Shown here: piece after piece, positions 27,101-36,449 of the stretch
How positions within the stretch are numbered: position 1 is the stretch's first letter
How the letters are laid out: each line of letters opens with the position of its first letter
Virus record (IMG/VR): IMGVR_UViG_3300037418_003103
From: a virus
Taxonomy: Duplodnaviria; Heunggongvirae; Uroviricota; Caudoviricetes
Strand: one strand, 5' to 3'
Length of the DNA stretch: 64,000 nucleotides
Made by a program: the position numbers and the translations under genes
The notes under the pieces: generated by a model
Told to the model about the DNA's origin: nothing
What the model saw: the letters and a program-made list of their open reading frames with translations, nothing else
Databases searched by the model: none

Positions 27101-27470
27101 TACTACTCCTTCATTGAAACTTACGTCTTCTACTCTGGTAACAACTCCTCAGGCTGGCTCAATAGAGTATAATGGAACTCATTTATACGCAACAATAGGC
27201 GTTAATAGGTATCAACTGGATCAACAAACAACAGGTTTATATAATTCGTCAAACTTTGTAAATAAAGAATCTCCATCAGGTACAACAGATGGAACAAATG
27301 CTACATTTGTGCTTACTAATATTCCTGTACTTGGAAGCGATCACATCTACGTTAATGGCGTCTTAATGGAAGAAAATTCAGACTATACCATCTCAGGAAA
27401 AACTATTACATTTTTAACAGGTGCTATCCCAGAAGCATCTGATAAGATACGAGTATCTTATCAAAAATAA
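24180..27470 (+). CDS. Tail fibre protein with T4 gp36/gp37-type N-terminal anchor
   Basis: ILLKSS..GKIPS..DLALGELAINFADAKLY; LTQ.NANLFWDNTN x2; knob-like LWFRNKNAAGWTSWKKVW; C-terminal ESPSGTTDG..IRVSY domain. Confidence 0.82.
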   Translation: MMANRTASILLKSSGVVGKIPSISDLALGELAINFADAKLYSRYTAGSGATEVRQIGWDRLSLTGGTVTGNITANSFFGNGSGITGLSALNITGFTSGSVVFGSGTGLTQDNANLFWDNTNKTLSIGPIHTQISNYNNLLNLSSSSGRALLSINNTSAYGTSSIVLFNSSGHSASFEVLGPSYAGIGEAADFSTVGLDLAFNTDGGSSTGGNHVIKFVPGGYATTNERLRIAPSGVMIGYLNRNPTARLEIQASDGTLGTAPIKINAGSLLSTISDGSIEYDGTHFYSSIGTNRYQLDQQTLDQVLTAGNTSTKTISVGGATISSISNATGDFITRNSITGLLSIRTATQALSDMGGFSSSSIQSFATEGSTLDANTVNPLGGFTSYYSGYPANAASPAISYGGLITFVSYSTNNNNLQLQYGNGHSDEAYSTLWFRNKNAAGWTSWKKVWSSYDFTQTDINNWKTSYSASSAFTSGSVIFSSGSGLTQNNANLFWDNTNNRLGIGTNTPSSGTPYGNTKVHIYDTSGSGSSLVIENSGSTSLLGSELTLKTSFSYRGKGITMYSTDSNAAWGIGVPYGKPNTFQIGYVSDYTSLAYKQTETLKGQNEGIFQLTTTGNLTITGAMTVQSLSATGTVTGSNLLYTTGNQTINGIDTFTNIPNIGISNTNSIENGRYSPFYSAIAAGTPLYFDEEFASGNNAISIYNNSGGTGLTFTRVSDTQSPNRSGYKLTFTYVSGGPTSPGLGGFVPTAFIVSANRTYVHRFRAKLPIGYSFASASNALGTGNDDYFITSINGTGEWEEYMRVIKAGYAGTFSSSGHIYVNGPTTSGMTWYLASSNIYEVQTSSSVYSNGSYADPSWITSLSASKIPGMNLEQVLTNGNTTTKSVTIGGTLSFSGTGSMNIHNEAYAFKSYEFPSAGMVFTYARYGFEFRDGGANTIAKIGIQAGYPNYFIQPLGVGLTAPTAMLHIAAGTSTTPSLKLTSSTLVTTPQAGSIEYNGTHLYATIGVNRYQLDQQTTGLYNSSNFVNKESPSGTTDGTNATFVLTNIPVLGSDHIYVNGVLMEENSDYTISGKTITFLTGAIPEASDKIRVSYQK

Positions 27471-27479
27471 TAAGATTAT

Positions 27480-29009
27480 TTAATAGGTACCACCGTTAAG
27501 TACATCGAACTCTAGAAGAACATAATGTCCTGTGCCTGTTCCACCAGTTGACCCTAGCATCATGTTACTAACATTTGATTCCCAAAAAACCTTTGAATAA
27601 GCATCAGTTAAATCAACTGGAACATTTGTCTCAGCAATATTGAAGAACGCATCAGCGGACGCTGAGACGTTAAATCCATCTTGAATTGTTATACCTGCAC
27701 CTAGAGCGGTTGTGTGGGTATCACCTGTCGGATTATAATTAAGAATAAGATTACTATCCTCCACATATAATTCGCTTGTAAAAGCACTAAAGGCTTGTCC
27801 ATAAACAGTAATGTTACCATTTACCACCAGATCACCAGTACCAGGGTTTGTTGGACTACCACCGCTGCCAATAACCAATCCGCCAGTACCGATAACCGCT
27901 GAACCGTTAGGGCCAGTTGAAATATTCGCAGCTGTTAAATTACCGCTTATATTCGCGTTCCCGTTAACAGTAATACCAGAAAAATTGTCTATCGTTGTAG
28001 TTATGGTGCTGCCTGAATTATCTCTTAGGTTTAAAATATTTGCGCCTGAGAATGTTGCGCCTGTAATATGAATATCACCCTTTGCGTTCAATGCAGCCTG
28101 CACTGCATTACTTATAGGTTTGTTTAAATCACTTGTGTTATCCACGTTATTAATCGCAAGCATTACTCTGGTGGTAGCGGTTGAAAGCACTTCAGGTACT
28201 CCAACACCTGCTGAATTTCGGCCAATGAAGGAAGCGGTGGCCATGTCAGCCATCTTAGCTAGAGTTACCTTGCCGTTCCCAATAGTAAGAACTGGATTAA
28301 GTGAAGTTGCACCTGATGCTGATCCTGTAACATCTCCAGACGGAGTAAAGGTAATTGTTTGGTTTCCAGTAATAAATGCAGGCGCGCCTGTTACGCCGCT
28401 CCAAGGCATATTCGTTAATCCTACTCCGCTTCCGTAGAATGAAGTAGCGGTAACCACTCCATTGACGGTGAGTCCAGAAAAATTATTAATAACCGTAGAT
28501 ATGGTGCCGCCCGTAGAATTCGTGTAGGTGAGTATGTTATTTGAAAAGGTACCTCCTGTTAACTTTGTGTCTGTAAATCCTGAGATAACAACACTGGGTT
28601 TATTGGTAAGGTTAAGAGTCAAGACTCTTGAACCATTATTAAATGTACCGCCTGTTATGTAAGCATCATTAGCAAGAATAGCTGATATATCATTTAAAAC
28701 AAACCCACTTGTTGAGCCAGAAAGAAATTTGCCAGATAAATCTACACCAGTCTTTCCATCATAGTAAATGATCCTATTGTCTATTTTTAAATTAGATACG
28801 TGCGAACCCACCTCAAAGTAGGCAGGATCTTGAATTGAGGCCACATATGTTGTTGAGCCAGTTCCTGATATAAATCCTTTAAAATACAGCTTACCATCCG
28901 CCGTGTTTACCAACGGCTCGCCATTTAGTACGTTAGTTACCGAAGGTAGGGCCGCGCCAGATTGATTTGATTGTTTAGCTTGTATTCTTATATTTCTAGT
29001 AGCGCTCAT
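27480..29009 (-). CDS. Fibre/virion structural protein
   Basis: GEPLVNTADGKLYF N-terminus; TGGTF repeats; NVDNTSDLNKPIS; VEDSNLILN; C-terminal LNGGTY. Confidence 0.78.
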   Translation of the reverse strand: MSATRNIRIQAKQSNQSGAALPSVTNVLNGEPLVNTADGKLYFKGFISGTGSTTYVASIQDPAYFEVGSHVSNLKIDNRIIYYDGKTGVDLSGKFLSGSTSGFVLNDISAILANDAYITGGTFNNGSRVLTLNLTNKPSVVISGFTDTKLTGGTFSNNILTYTNSTGGTISTVINNFSGLTVNGVVTATSFYGSGVGLTNMPWSGVTGAPAFITGNQTITFTPSGDVTGSASGATSLNPVLTIGNGKVTLAKMADMATASFIGRNSAGVGVPEVLSTATTRVMLAINNVDNTSDLNKPISNAVQAALNAKGDIHITGATFSGANILNLRDNSGSTITTTIDNFSGITVNGNANISGNLTAANISTGPNGSAVIGTGGLVIGSGGSPTNPGTGDLVVNGNITVYGQAFSAFTSELYVEDSNLILNYNPTGDTHTTALGAGITIQDGFNVSASADAFFNIAETNVPVDLTDAYSKVFWESNVSNMMLGSTGGTGTGHYVLLEFDVLNGGTY

Positions 29010-29038
29010 TTATTTCGTTTAATATAAATATAAAATTT

Positions 29039-29662
29039 TTAATAAAAACCTCCCTGTAAGTTGTCATCTTTGAGAACTGATGTATTAGCATTTACTTCTC
29101 TAATGTAACCAACTGAATCAACTCCAAGACTTACTATCCTAGCATTAATTGTATCTGAATTAATATTAGTTGATGTCCAGTAAGTTGAATTTCCAGAATA
29201 AGCATTAATTGATCTAAATCTACTGAATTGCGATCCAATATTTACACTTTTATCAGAGGAAGGAAGAATGTCCTTATTAAAGATAATTATATTTCCGTAA
29301 AAGACTATTTTAGCAGCACCTGTAGGGTCAGATATCGAATTAGTGGTTATATGATTAAAATCAACGACTTCAATTCTAAGATCAGCGCCGCTAACTGAAT
29401 ACAAGGTTAGATAACCATCGTCAAAAGTACCGCCTGTAATATTTGAAAGAGATCCACCAGTATCTCCACTGATTCGGCCAACCTCTGAAACGCCTATTGG
29501 CGTATTACTTCCACTAGTAACTAGAGTGTATAGCTTTGCATCAACAATATTTAGAGCTAATTGGCCCAGAGTAAGTTCTGACATTTCAGGAACTACCTTA
29601 GCCACGTTAATAATCTTTATAACGGGGGTATTAAATTCCATTCTAGTGTCGATTACAGCCAT
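29039..29662 (-). CDS. Short fibre/virion protein
   Basis: LTLGQLALNIVDAKLY N-terminus; ILPSSDKSVNIGSQFSRF; C-terminal LQGGFY. Confidence 0.72.
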   Translation of the reverse strand: MAVIDTRMEFNTPVIKIINVAKVVPEMSELTLGQLALNIVDAKLYTLVTSGSNTPIGVSEVGRISGDTGGSLSNITGGTFDDGYLTLYSVSGADLRIEVVDFNHITTNSISDPTGAAKIVFYGNIIIFNKDILPSSDKSVNIGSQFSRFRSINAYSGNSTYWTSTNINSDTINARIVSLGVDSVGYIREVNANTSVLKDDNLQGGFY

Positions 29663-29674
29663 TTGTATCTATTT

Positions 29675-32635
29675 TTATTGCATATATTTTAAGAAGGCAA
29701 ACAATTGATCGCCCATTTGGTCATATCCACTTTGTGCTGGATGTACACTATTAGTATAAGTAGTTATTTGAGTTGTGTTTCTTGCATTAGCATTAATAGT
29801 TGATTGAAGCATATTATTTTCTCTATCAATAATTACGTTCCACGGAATTAAATAATTTCCTGCTGTTCTTTCCGTGTTATTATCAAATTCTGAAATCAAT
29901 CTTTTTTGCCATGTTTTAATATTTTTTGTGTATCGTGCTAATGTCTGGCCAGCATTATAATCATGTCCAAACCCATCTTGTGAAATGGTAGGCATAATCG
30001 TAGTACAAAGTCCTATTCTTAATCCATTTACTGCACTTTTCATATTTGTAATTAATGTTCGTAAGTTGGAAACCATAGTATTAATTACATTTGCTAGGTT
30101 TGTATCATTAGTTTGCCCAAACACATCATTAATTCCTAAATGAATGAATACCCAATCATTTGAAGATAATGCTATGGAATTAGTAGAAAGATAGTTTGCA
30201 AAATCAAGGGAAGATGTAGAGCCATTCCAAAAAGGATTTAAATAATTTGTAGTAAATGATGAATAACTTATAGAAACATCTCCGCTTCCATTTACCTTTG
30301 TTATTGTGCCAGATACTAACGGAGTTCCACCTCCACTTGTTACAAAGCCTTCAACATATCCGTTACCGTTTGTGATGGAAATCATTGTTACATAAAAAGT
30401 TAGACCATTGACAGAATAGTAGCTGCTAATTGTTGGTGCAACTGTTACACCAGAGACTATAAAATGATAGTTAATTCGTCCTTGCGTTGCAAAATCTGAA
30501 ATTTGCCAGCCACTGTGTCCTTCATGTTTATTAGCGCCACTTCCTTGTGTTCCTTTAAAAGTTAAAGACATTACATCAGCGGAGTGTTCGGAAAGAATAA
30601 TACTTAACGGTTGCCCATTTGCAAGTGTGCTATCGCCTACACCCAAAATACTTCTTGAAGTGCCACTCGCTGCATTTGCCGCAACAATATAAAGCGTAGT
30701 TGTGCCACTTGTTATTAATTGGCCCGCAAAGTAGACATCAATTTCCAATGAATAAGAACCTACATCAGCAAGAACAGGCGTTACACGATAAAATTTTTCA
30801 TATTGTATTCCTTTTGTACAAATAATATCAAAATCTAACAAACTATTTTTTACATTGGAATTTATAATGTCAGCAAAATAAATGTTTGTTTCTTTCCCTT
30901 CAACAGCGAATACTCTGGATGGCCAAATTACTTCGGCAGTAATTAAATTAGGCAATGGCGTAGGTGTGGTTGCTGGAATCTTTGCAATGATTTTATTAGA
31001 AAAACTATCAGTGGGAAATGTTGATGGACTTACCAAACTTGTCTGCACCCATTCATTCCTATCACCGCCAGAGGCTATCGTAAAAGTTGAGGGTGAAATT
31101 GTGTCGATATTTTGTGGAGTTGTTGTGTATCTATTAGCACCATAAATTGATGAAAGGTAAACGCCCAATGTTCCATATCTATTTGCAACTTGGTCAGCTT
31201 TCCAAAAAAACCAAATATTGCTATTTGAAGAATTTAAAACTGTGGTTGATAACGTAGCAGTAATATATTGGCTTGTACCTGAAGTTATTGATAAACCAGT
31301 TATATAACCTGTTGCTAAAGTTGAACCAGTTGGATTGTCCTGAACTATCCAGTATCTAACTTTAGTGATTGGGTTGGCTGATCCTGTCATTGGTTCAACT
31401 CTAAATTTAATTGTATTAAAATTTGTTGGCTTACCTATTGGTGTACCCCATCCACTAAAGGTTGTTGATAAGCTTTCAAATACAGCAGATGATTCAGGAA
31501 ACGATTCATAAATATTGCTCTCAAATGGACCAACAGTAAAAACAGTATTTATATTTGCGTTTATTGTAGCTAAATTACTTGCATTTGAAGCAATAGCTGT
31601 TGTGTTAGACTGAATTGTTGAAGAAGATGTTATTACTTTTTCAGCGAAATCTATACTTGGTACAATGGTATATGTTTCTAGTTCAATTTTGGTATATAAG
31701 AATAATGAGGATACACTTGGGTTTGCAATGTCATTCCAACTAATTGAAAAATTTTGATTACCGTTGGTGGTATAACAACATGTAGGATAACTTGGATAAG
31801 GATATGGATTTTGACTATTTTGTATACCCCACTCTGTAATGAATCCATTTGCAGCGTACATTAAAAATAATTGATCACCATTTGTATTTGCAATAACAGT
31901 ATCAAATAAAACAGTTACAAGCTGTGTATCACCGCTTGCCATGTTTACAACAACATCCTTATTTGCAATGGTTGTTCCAGTTTTATTAACTGTTTTAATA
32001 ACAGTTTTTATTAACGTTATGTTCTGTCTGGCGCCTATTTTTAATGTAATCTTATTAAAATTCTTAGGATTTCCAATTGGCCACCCCCATCCAGAAAAAA
32101 TATCAGTTTTATAGGTATCAATAGCTGAATTTATAGGAAGTGGTTCAGAGATCAGTGTGTCAACTGTCGCCTGTCCAATCACTTCAACAAATTTATTATC
32201 AACATCTGTTTTTGTGGCATAAGAAGCTAAATTAATAGGTATAATTACTTTTGTCCATGTGCCATTAATCTTTCTTAATTGCACCAATCCACTAGATGTA
32301 TCTCCTGTTGTAATAATAATACCGCTAAAATTAGTGTATGTTCCAGCCTGTGAAACATTATAAGTTGATATACCCGAAAGTGGCGAATCGCTAGGGCTAA
32401 CATTACCAATACCAGCTGCCACTGAATTAATTACTGCCTGTGTTGCGGTAGAAACTGGCTTATCTAAATCGCTTGTATTATTTATGTTACCAAGATCTAA
32501 ATTATCCTTTGTAAGAACAACATTTCCTTCAGTATCAGCACTAACTCCATTAATCTGTAAAACGACAGGTGTTAATTCGCTGCTATCTGTCAGAATCTTA
32601 GGTTCTATAATAAAAGTTTCATTTATATTTTTCAT
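29675..32635 (-). CDS. Virion-associated SGNH/GDSL hydrolase (fibre anchor + esterase)
   Basis: N-terminal INGV..GNVVLTK..LGNINNTSDLDKPVSTATQ fibre motif; GVGDSTL (block I), HEGHSGW (II), IHLGIND (III), SVHP..SGY (V). Confidence 0.8.
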   Translation of the reverse strand: MKNINETFIIEPKILTDSSELTPVVLQINGVSADTEGNVVLTKDNLDLGNINNTSDLDKPVSTATQAVINSVAAGIGNVSPSDSPLSGISTYNVSQAGTYTNFSGIIITTGDTSSGLVQLRKINGTWTKVIIPINLASYATKTDVDNKFVEVIGQATVDTLISEPLPINSAIDTYKTDIFSGWGWPIGNPKNFNKITLKIGARQNITLIKTVIKTVNKTGTTIANKDVVVNMASGDTQLVTVLFDTVIANTNGDQLFLMYAANGFITEWGIQNSQNPYPYPSYPTCCYTTNGNQNFSISWNDIANPSVSSLFLYTKIELETYTIVPSIDFAEKVITSSSTIQSNTTAIASNASNLATINANINTVFTVGPFESNIYESFPESSAVFESLSTTFSGWGTPIGKPTNFNTIKFRVEPMTGSANPITKVRYWIVQDNPTGSTLATGYITGLSITSGTSQYITATLSTTVLNSSNSNIWFFWKADQVANRYGTLGVYLSSIYGANRYTTTPQNIDTISPSTFTIASGGDRNEWVQTSLVSPSTFPTDSFSNKIIAKIPATTPTPLPNLITAEVIWPSRVFAVEGKETNIYFADIINSNVKNSLLDFDIICTKGIQYEKFYRVTPVLADVGSYSLEIDVYFAGQLITSGTTTLYIVAANAASGTSRSILGVGDSTLANGQPLSIILSEHSADVMSLTFKGTQGSGANKHEGHSGWQISDFATQGRINYHFIVSGVTVAPTISSYYSVNGLTFYVTMISITNGNGYVEGFVTSGGGTPLVSGTITKVNGSGDVSISYSSFTTNYLNPFWNGSTSSLDFANYLSTNSIALSSNDWVFIHLGINDVFGQTNDTNLANVINTMVSNLRTLITNMKSAVNGLRIGLCTTIMPTISQDGFGHDYNAGQTLARYTKNIKTWQKRLISEFDNNTERTAGNYLIPWNVIIDRENNMLQSTINANARNTTQITTYTNSVHPAQSGYDQMGDQLFAFLKYMQ

Positions 32636-33684
32636 ATTGTGCCTGTTAATTCAAATGTACTTGTGCTTAAATAATCCTTATCAACCTTTACTGTTATTTG
32701 ATCCTGGTTATGTACCGCAATTGGAGAAGTTATTTCTAGTCCGCTAAAGACTTCTATATTATTCACAGAAATTATTATATTATTAATATTTGTTATATTA
32801 TTAATAGAAATAATACTCATACTATACTTAGAAGTAAATGTAAATTCTGTAGTACTCTTTGGTTTAAAAATAAAATCGTAAACAATCGTGGTATCTTCTT
32901 TCACAGAACTAGATATAACAGGAAGAAGACTATCTGAATCAACTATTTCCATTAAATTAATGACTCTATTAATTGTTGGAACAATTTGAAAATCCTCTTC
33001 GTCTAATATATAACCTAGTAGTTTCAATTCAAAATTAACTACGTAGTATTTTCTATGCTCCATGTCATCAGTTAGACTCTCATCTCCAGTACTTTCAGAT
33101 ACAAGCGGCAGTGGATGGCCCTTTACATTAAGATAAGCTTGCCTTGATTGAAACGCTTTTCTAAACTTTGTGGTGAATGTATTCAGATCGTTTAATTTAT
33201 TAGCAAATAATCTAACTTCGTAGCTCAGGTCAACGCTAGTTGGCTGGCATATTTTATATAGATCAATTCCCTGTCTAACCCCGTCCCACGTTGGAACTTT
33301 AACGTATGTATAGGCTTTCTTACCAGGTATATTCCATAATCCAGCTTGATTAGTACCATCCTGAATGTCTGGCTTTCTCAAAATAGTAATAAATGGAATT
33401 GTCATGTTTTTGAATTCGTCGCTCTTCTCCCATGTATTTGTAAACTCCGTCCATTTCTGAATAGTAAAGAAAAATACAGGCACAATATTTCCATTAAGTG
33501 TAAGGCTCAGTTCATTCTTAACGAATTCAATAAATGAAGTGTCCATATCCTTTATTCCAATACTTTTGGGTAAATAAGTATCCTTATCTGTTATATTAGA
33601 CAGAATTTCTTCTCTACGCTTAAGCCCCTCTTTTTCCTGGATTACGTTTATATTGCTCCTAAAACCTGGTGGAAGTCTTGCCAT
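32632..33684 (-). CDS. Putative tail completion / sheath terminator protein (T4 gp15-like)
   Basis: IPFITILRK, PTSVDLSYEVRLF, YYVVNFELKLLGYI; adjacent to a neck-like gene. Confidence 0.55.
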   Translation of the reverse strand: MARLPPGFRSNINVIQEKEGLKRREEILSNITDKDTYLPKSIGIKDMDTSFIEFVKNELSLTLNGNIVPVFFFTIQKWTEFTNTWEKSDEFKNMTIPFITILRKPDIQDGTNQAGLWNIPGKKAYTYVKVPTWDGVRQGIDLYKICQPTSVDLSYEVRLFANKLNDLNTFTTKFRKAFQSRQAYLNVKGHPLPLVSESTGDESLTDDMEHRKYYVVNFELKLLGYILDEEDFQIVPTINRVINLMEIVDSDSLLPVISSSVKEDTTIVYDFIFKPKSTTEFTFTSKYSMSIISINNITNINNIIISVNNIEVFSGLEITSPIAVHNQDQITVKVDKDYLSTSTFELTGTI

Positions 33685-33694
33685 TTATTAAAGT

Positions 33695-34216
33695 TTATAT
33701 AGCAGTAAATTCATTCTGATCTACAGGTGTGCAGGTAACTGTCCTGTATGCGGATTTATATCCAAGAATTGTGTGCTCATTATCAAAGTCTTTTACACCA
33801 TCATTTGCCACACTGTAAAATCTTATCTGTGTTTCGTTTATCGGATAACCAATGTAGTCTCCGAAGCTTATACTTGTTTTTAATTCTTCTAATTGTTGAT
33901 TATAAACTACGAATGATATATTGCCATCATCAGTAAATCTTCCAGTTCCATTTGGATTATATGTTTCATTCTTAGGAGGTTCAAGGGTTGGAAAAACTCG
34001 TAGCTCAACTGGCGGATAGAACTTTATTCCATCTTCACTAGATTCACCATAAATATCATCTTTTTCAGAATCAGTTCTATTGACACGATACAGAATAACG
34101 ACAAAATTTCCGTCACCCTCGATAGCTTCACGAGCCATTTGTTGTTCCAAGTCCCAATCGCTGGAACTGAACCACTTATTCATACGAACTATGGGTACTA
34201 AAGGTTTGTTATTCAT
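33695..34216 (-). CDS. Putative head-closure/neck protein (T4 gp14-like)
   Basis: VVILYRV..DDIYGES..KFYPPVEL; GNISF.VY..QL..GDYIGY; likely start MNNKPL at 34216, behind a CTATTTAT motif. Confidence 0.6.
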   Translation of the reverse strand: MNNKPLVPIVRMNKWFSSSDWDLEQQMAREAIEGDGNFVVILYRVNRTDSEKDDIYGESSEDGIKFYPPVELRVFPTLEPPKNETYNPNGTGRFTDDGNISFVVYNQQLEELKTSISFGDYIGYPINETQIRFYSVANDGVKDFDNEHTILGYKSAYRTVTCTPVDQNEFTAI

Positions 34217-34282
34217 TTCGCTTTTATGATAAATAGTTTGGGAATTGAAAATCTCGAAAGCCGCTTGACTTTTATTTAAAAA

Positions 34283-36169
34283 ATGTTTATATTTAGTATA
34301 AAGAACCATTGTTCACCTTTAAATCATTTGATAAACCTTGACGACATAAAAAAAAGAGCCGCAATAGGCCTTCTTGAAAATTATACAGGAATAAACCCAT
34401 ATATAAGGCAACTTAGGATTAATTTCATAGATAATAAGATTCCATTAACAGCTAATCAGTTTAATTATGTTACAGATAATCATGACAAAGAGCCAATACT
34501 TATAAATAGAACGATATCTATCACCCCGTATCTGGGAGCTGAACTTCAAAAGAAAGAAGGACTTAAATTCTTGCCAGAAAAAATACTATTCGAATATATA
34601 CTTGCTGAAACTGATAAAGCTTATCATGTTTATGGTAAGTTAAAAAGGAATCAAGAGAAATCTGGAATGTACTTTCTACCAAAAACTCAGATACTAGATG
34701 ACCCTTATTATGAAAAAATATCTATAGATATAAACTTCGATAAATATAACTCTATTCTCGCAAAATATGGCAAAAAGATATATAAATATCAGGAAGAAGG
34801 TGTTGAATTCATGCTTGCTAGGAAGGGATGTATCATGGGAGATCAGATGGGGAGTGGAAAAACACTTCAGTCAATAATCGCCGCTCTTGAAAGCGGAGCG
34901 GAACGAATTCTGGTTATTTGCCCTGCTAGCGTTAAGATAAATTGGGAGCGGGAGATCAATGTTTTTTGCAAGGATACAGCAATAGTCGATAGCAAGAATT
35001 GGAAACAGGCTAAGTTTACAATTATCAACTTTGACATCTTAAAGAATTTTCATACACTAGGAGATGGTAAGGAAGAATTAGAGTTGGACCCTAATTTTCA
35101 TCTTAAAAGACAGCTTGTTGATGCGAAGTTTGATTTAATGATAGTAGATGAGGCCCACAATTTAAAAGAAAAATCATCCATTCGTGGTGCAATTGTTAGT
35201 GAACTTAGTCATAAATATGGCGTAGATAGGGTATGGCTATTAACTGGAACACCAGTGGCCAACAGACCCATGGACTTTTTCAATCTTTTAAAGATTATTA
35301 AATCACCAATAGCGGATAACTGGATGTATTTTACTAGAAGATACTGTGATGGTAAATCGTTCTTTAAAACACTTAAAAACAAAAAGAAGAAAAAGATCTG
35401 GCTTACTGGCGGCGCGTCAAATTTAGATGAACTTGCTTCAAAAACTAAAAATATACTTATTAGAAGGCTTAAAAAGGATATTCTTGAATTGCCTGAGAAG
35501 ATTGTCTCAACAGTCTACCACAAATTATCTGATTCAGAAATGCTTGAATATAATAATCTTTGGGAAGAGTACCTAGTTAATCGTAGAGAACAAAAGAAAA
35601 GAGGCCAGGTTGACAGGGATATGGTTGAACTGGGTATTCTTAGAAAATATATAGCGTTAAAAGCAATTCCTAAGACCATTGAAATGGTCGAGAGCGCACT
35701 AGAGGATGATAGAAAGGTAATTATATTTACGACGTTTACAGAGGAACTGGAAGTGTTGTATAATCACTTTGGTAAGATATGCGTTAAGCATAATGGTCCT
35801 ATGACAGATAGAGCTAAACAAGCAAGTGTTGATAATTTCCAGAATGATCCTAAAATAAAAGTATTTGTCGGGAATATAAAATCGGCAGGTGTTGGTATCA
35901 CCCTTACTGAAGGAACCGTCACTATATTTAATTCCTTCTCATGGGTACCTGGTGATAATGAACAGGGTGAGGATAGAAATAATAGGATTGGGCAGAAAAA
36001 TGAAGTTAATGTGTACTACCAATTATTTATGGACACTGTATCTATGAGAGTTTGGAATACACTTAAGAATAAAAAGAAGGTTATTAACAAAATTATAGGC
36101 GATGATACTTCTGACGAGGAAGTAATGAACATAATTATGGATGAAATTTTAAATGATGAAAACGGTTAA
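34283..36169 (+). CDS. SNF2-family (SF2) helicase/ATPase
   Basis: YQEEG (Q motif), DQMGSGKT, CPAS..NW.RE, DEAH, LTGTP.ANRP, GVGITL, WVPG..QGEDR..RIGQ; exact start uncertain. Confidence 0.92.
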   Translation: MFIFSIKNHCSPLNHLINLDDIKKRAAIGLLENYTGINPYIRQLRINFIDNKIPLTANQFNYVTDNHDKEPILINRTISITPYLGAELQKKEGLKFLPEKILFEYILAETDKAYHVYGKLKRNQEKSGMYFLPKTQILDDPYYEKISIDINFDKYNSILAKYGKKIYKYQEEGVEFMLARKGCIMGDQMGSGKTLQSIIAALESGAERILVICPASVKINWEREINVFCKDTAIVDSKNWKQAKFTIINFDILKNFHTLGDGKEELELDPNFHLKRQLVDAKFDLMIVDEAHNLKEKSSIRGAIVSELSHKYGVDRVWLLTGTPVANRPMDFFNLLKIIKSPIADNWMYFTRRYCDGKSFFKTLKNKKKKKIWLTGGASNLDELASKTKNILIRRLKKDILELPEKIVSTVYHKLSDSEMLEYNNLWEEYLVNRREQKKRGQVDRDMVELGILRKYIALKAIPKTIEMVESALEDDRKVIIFTTFTEELEVLYNHFGKICVKHNGPMTDRAKQASVDNFQNDPKIKVFVGNIKSAGVGITLTEGTVTIFNSFSWVPGDNEQGEDRNNRIGQKNEVNVYYQLFMDTVSMRVWNTLKNKKKVINKIIGDDTSDEEVMNIIMDEILNDENG

Positions 36170-36419
36170 GATATATACATACCCTAAGTGCCCTTACTGC
36201 ACTCAATTAAAGGGCTTACTTACGGACGCAAAGATAGAATTCACTGATGTAAATATTGAATTGAGTGAAAACGAGTCCGAATTCAAAAAGATATCAGAAA
36301 TATCAAAGTGCGACCAGGTTCCTATACTTATAGTCGGAACTCAGATTCTTATACCTGATATATCATTCAGGAGTATACCAGAGGCTGCGGTTTTGACAAT
36401 AAAATTATTAAAAGAGTAA
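36153..36419 (+). CDS. Glutaredoxin / NrdH-like redoxin
   Basis: IYTYPKCPYC and QVPILIV motifs. Confidence 0.88.
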   Translation: MMKTVKIYTYPKCPYCTQLKGLLTDAKIEFTDVNIELSENESEFKKISEISKCDQVPILIVGTQILIPDISFRSIPEAAVLTIKLLKE

Positions 36420-36426
36420 ATAGCTA

Positions 36427-36435
36427 ATATTTATA
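36427..36435 (+). promoter_or_regulatory. Candidate late promoter ATATTTATA
   Basis: 14 nt upstream of ATG 36450. Confidence 0.5.
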
Positions 36436-36449
36436 ATTAAATAAATACC

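Noticed and set aside
22307-27470. Invertible fibre cassette (divergent genes with homologous C-termini at the outer ends)
   Set aside because: Similarity is clear at protein level but the DNA is well diverged; no exact inverted recombination sites or invertase were seen; each gene has its own promoter motif
19315-31145. Numerous 60-140 aa antisense or alternate-frame ORFs inside fibre genes (also 44686-46749 and elsewhere)
   Set aside because: Shadow ORFs produced by Gly/Thr/Ser codon bias of the real genes; no independent start signals
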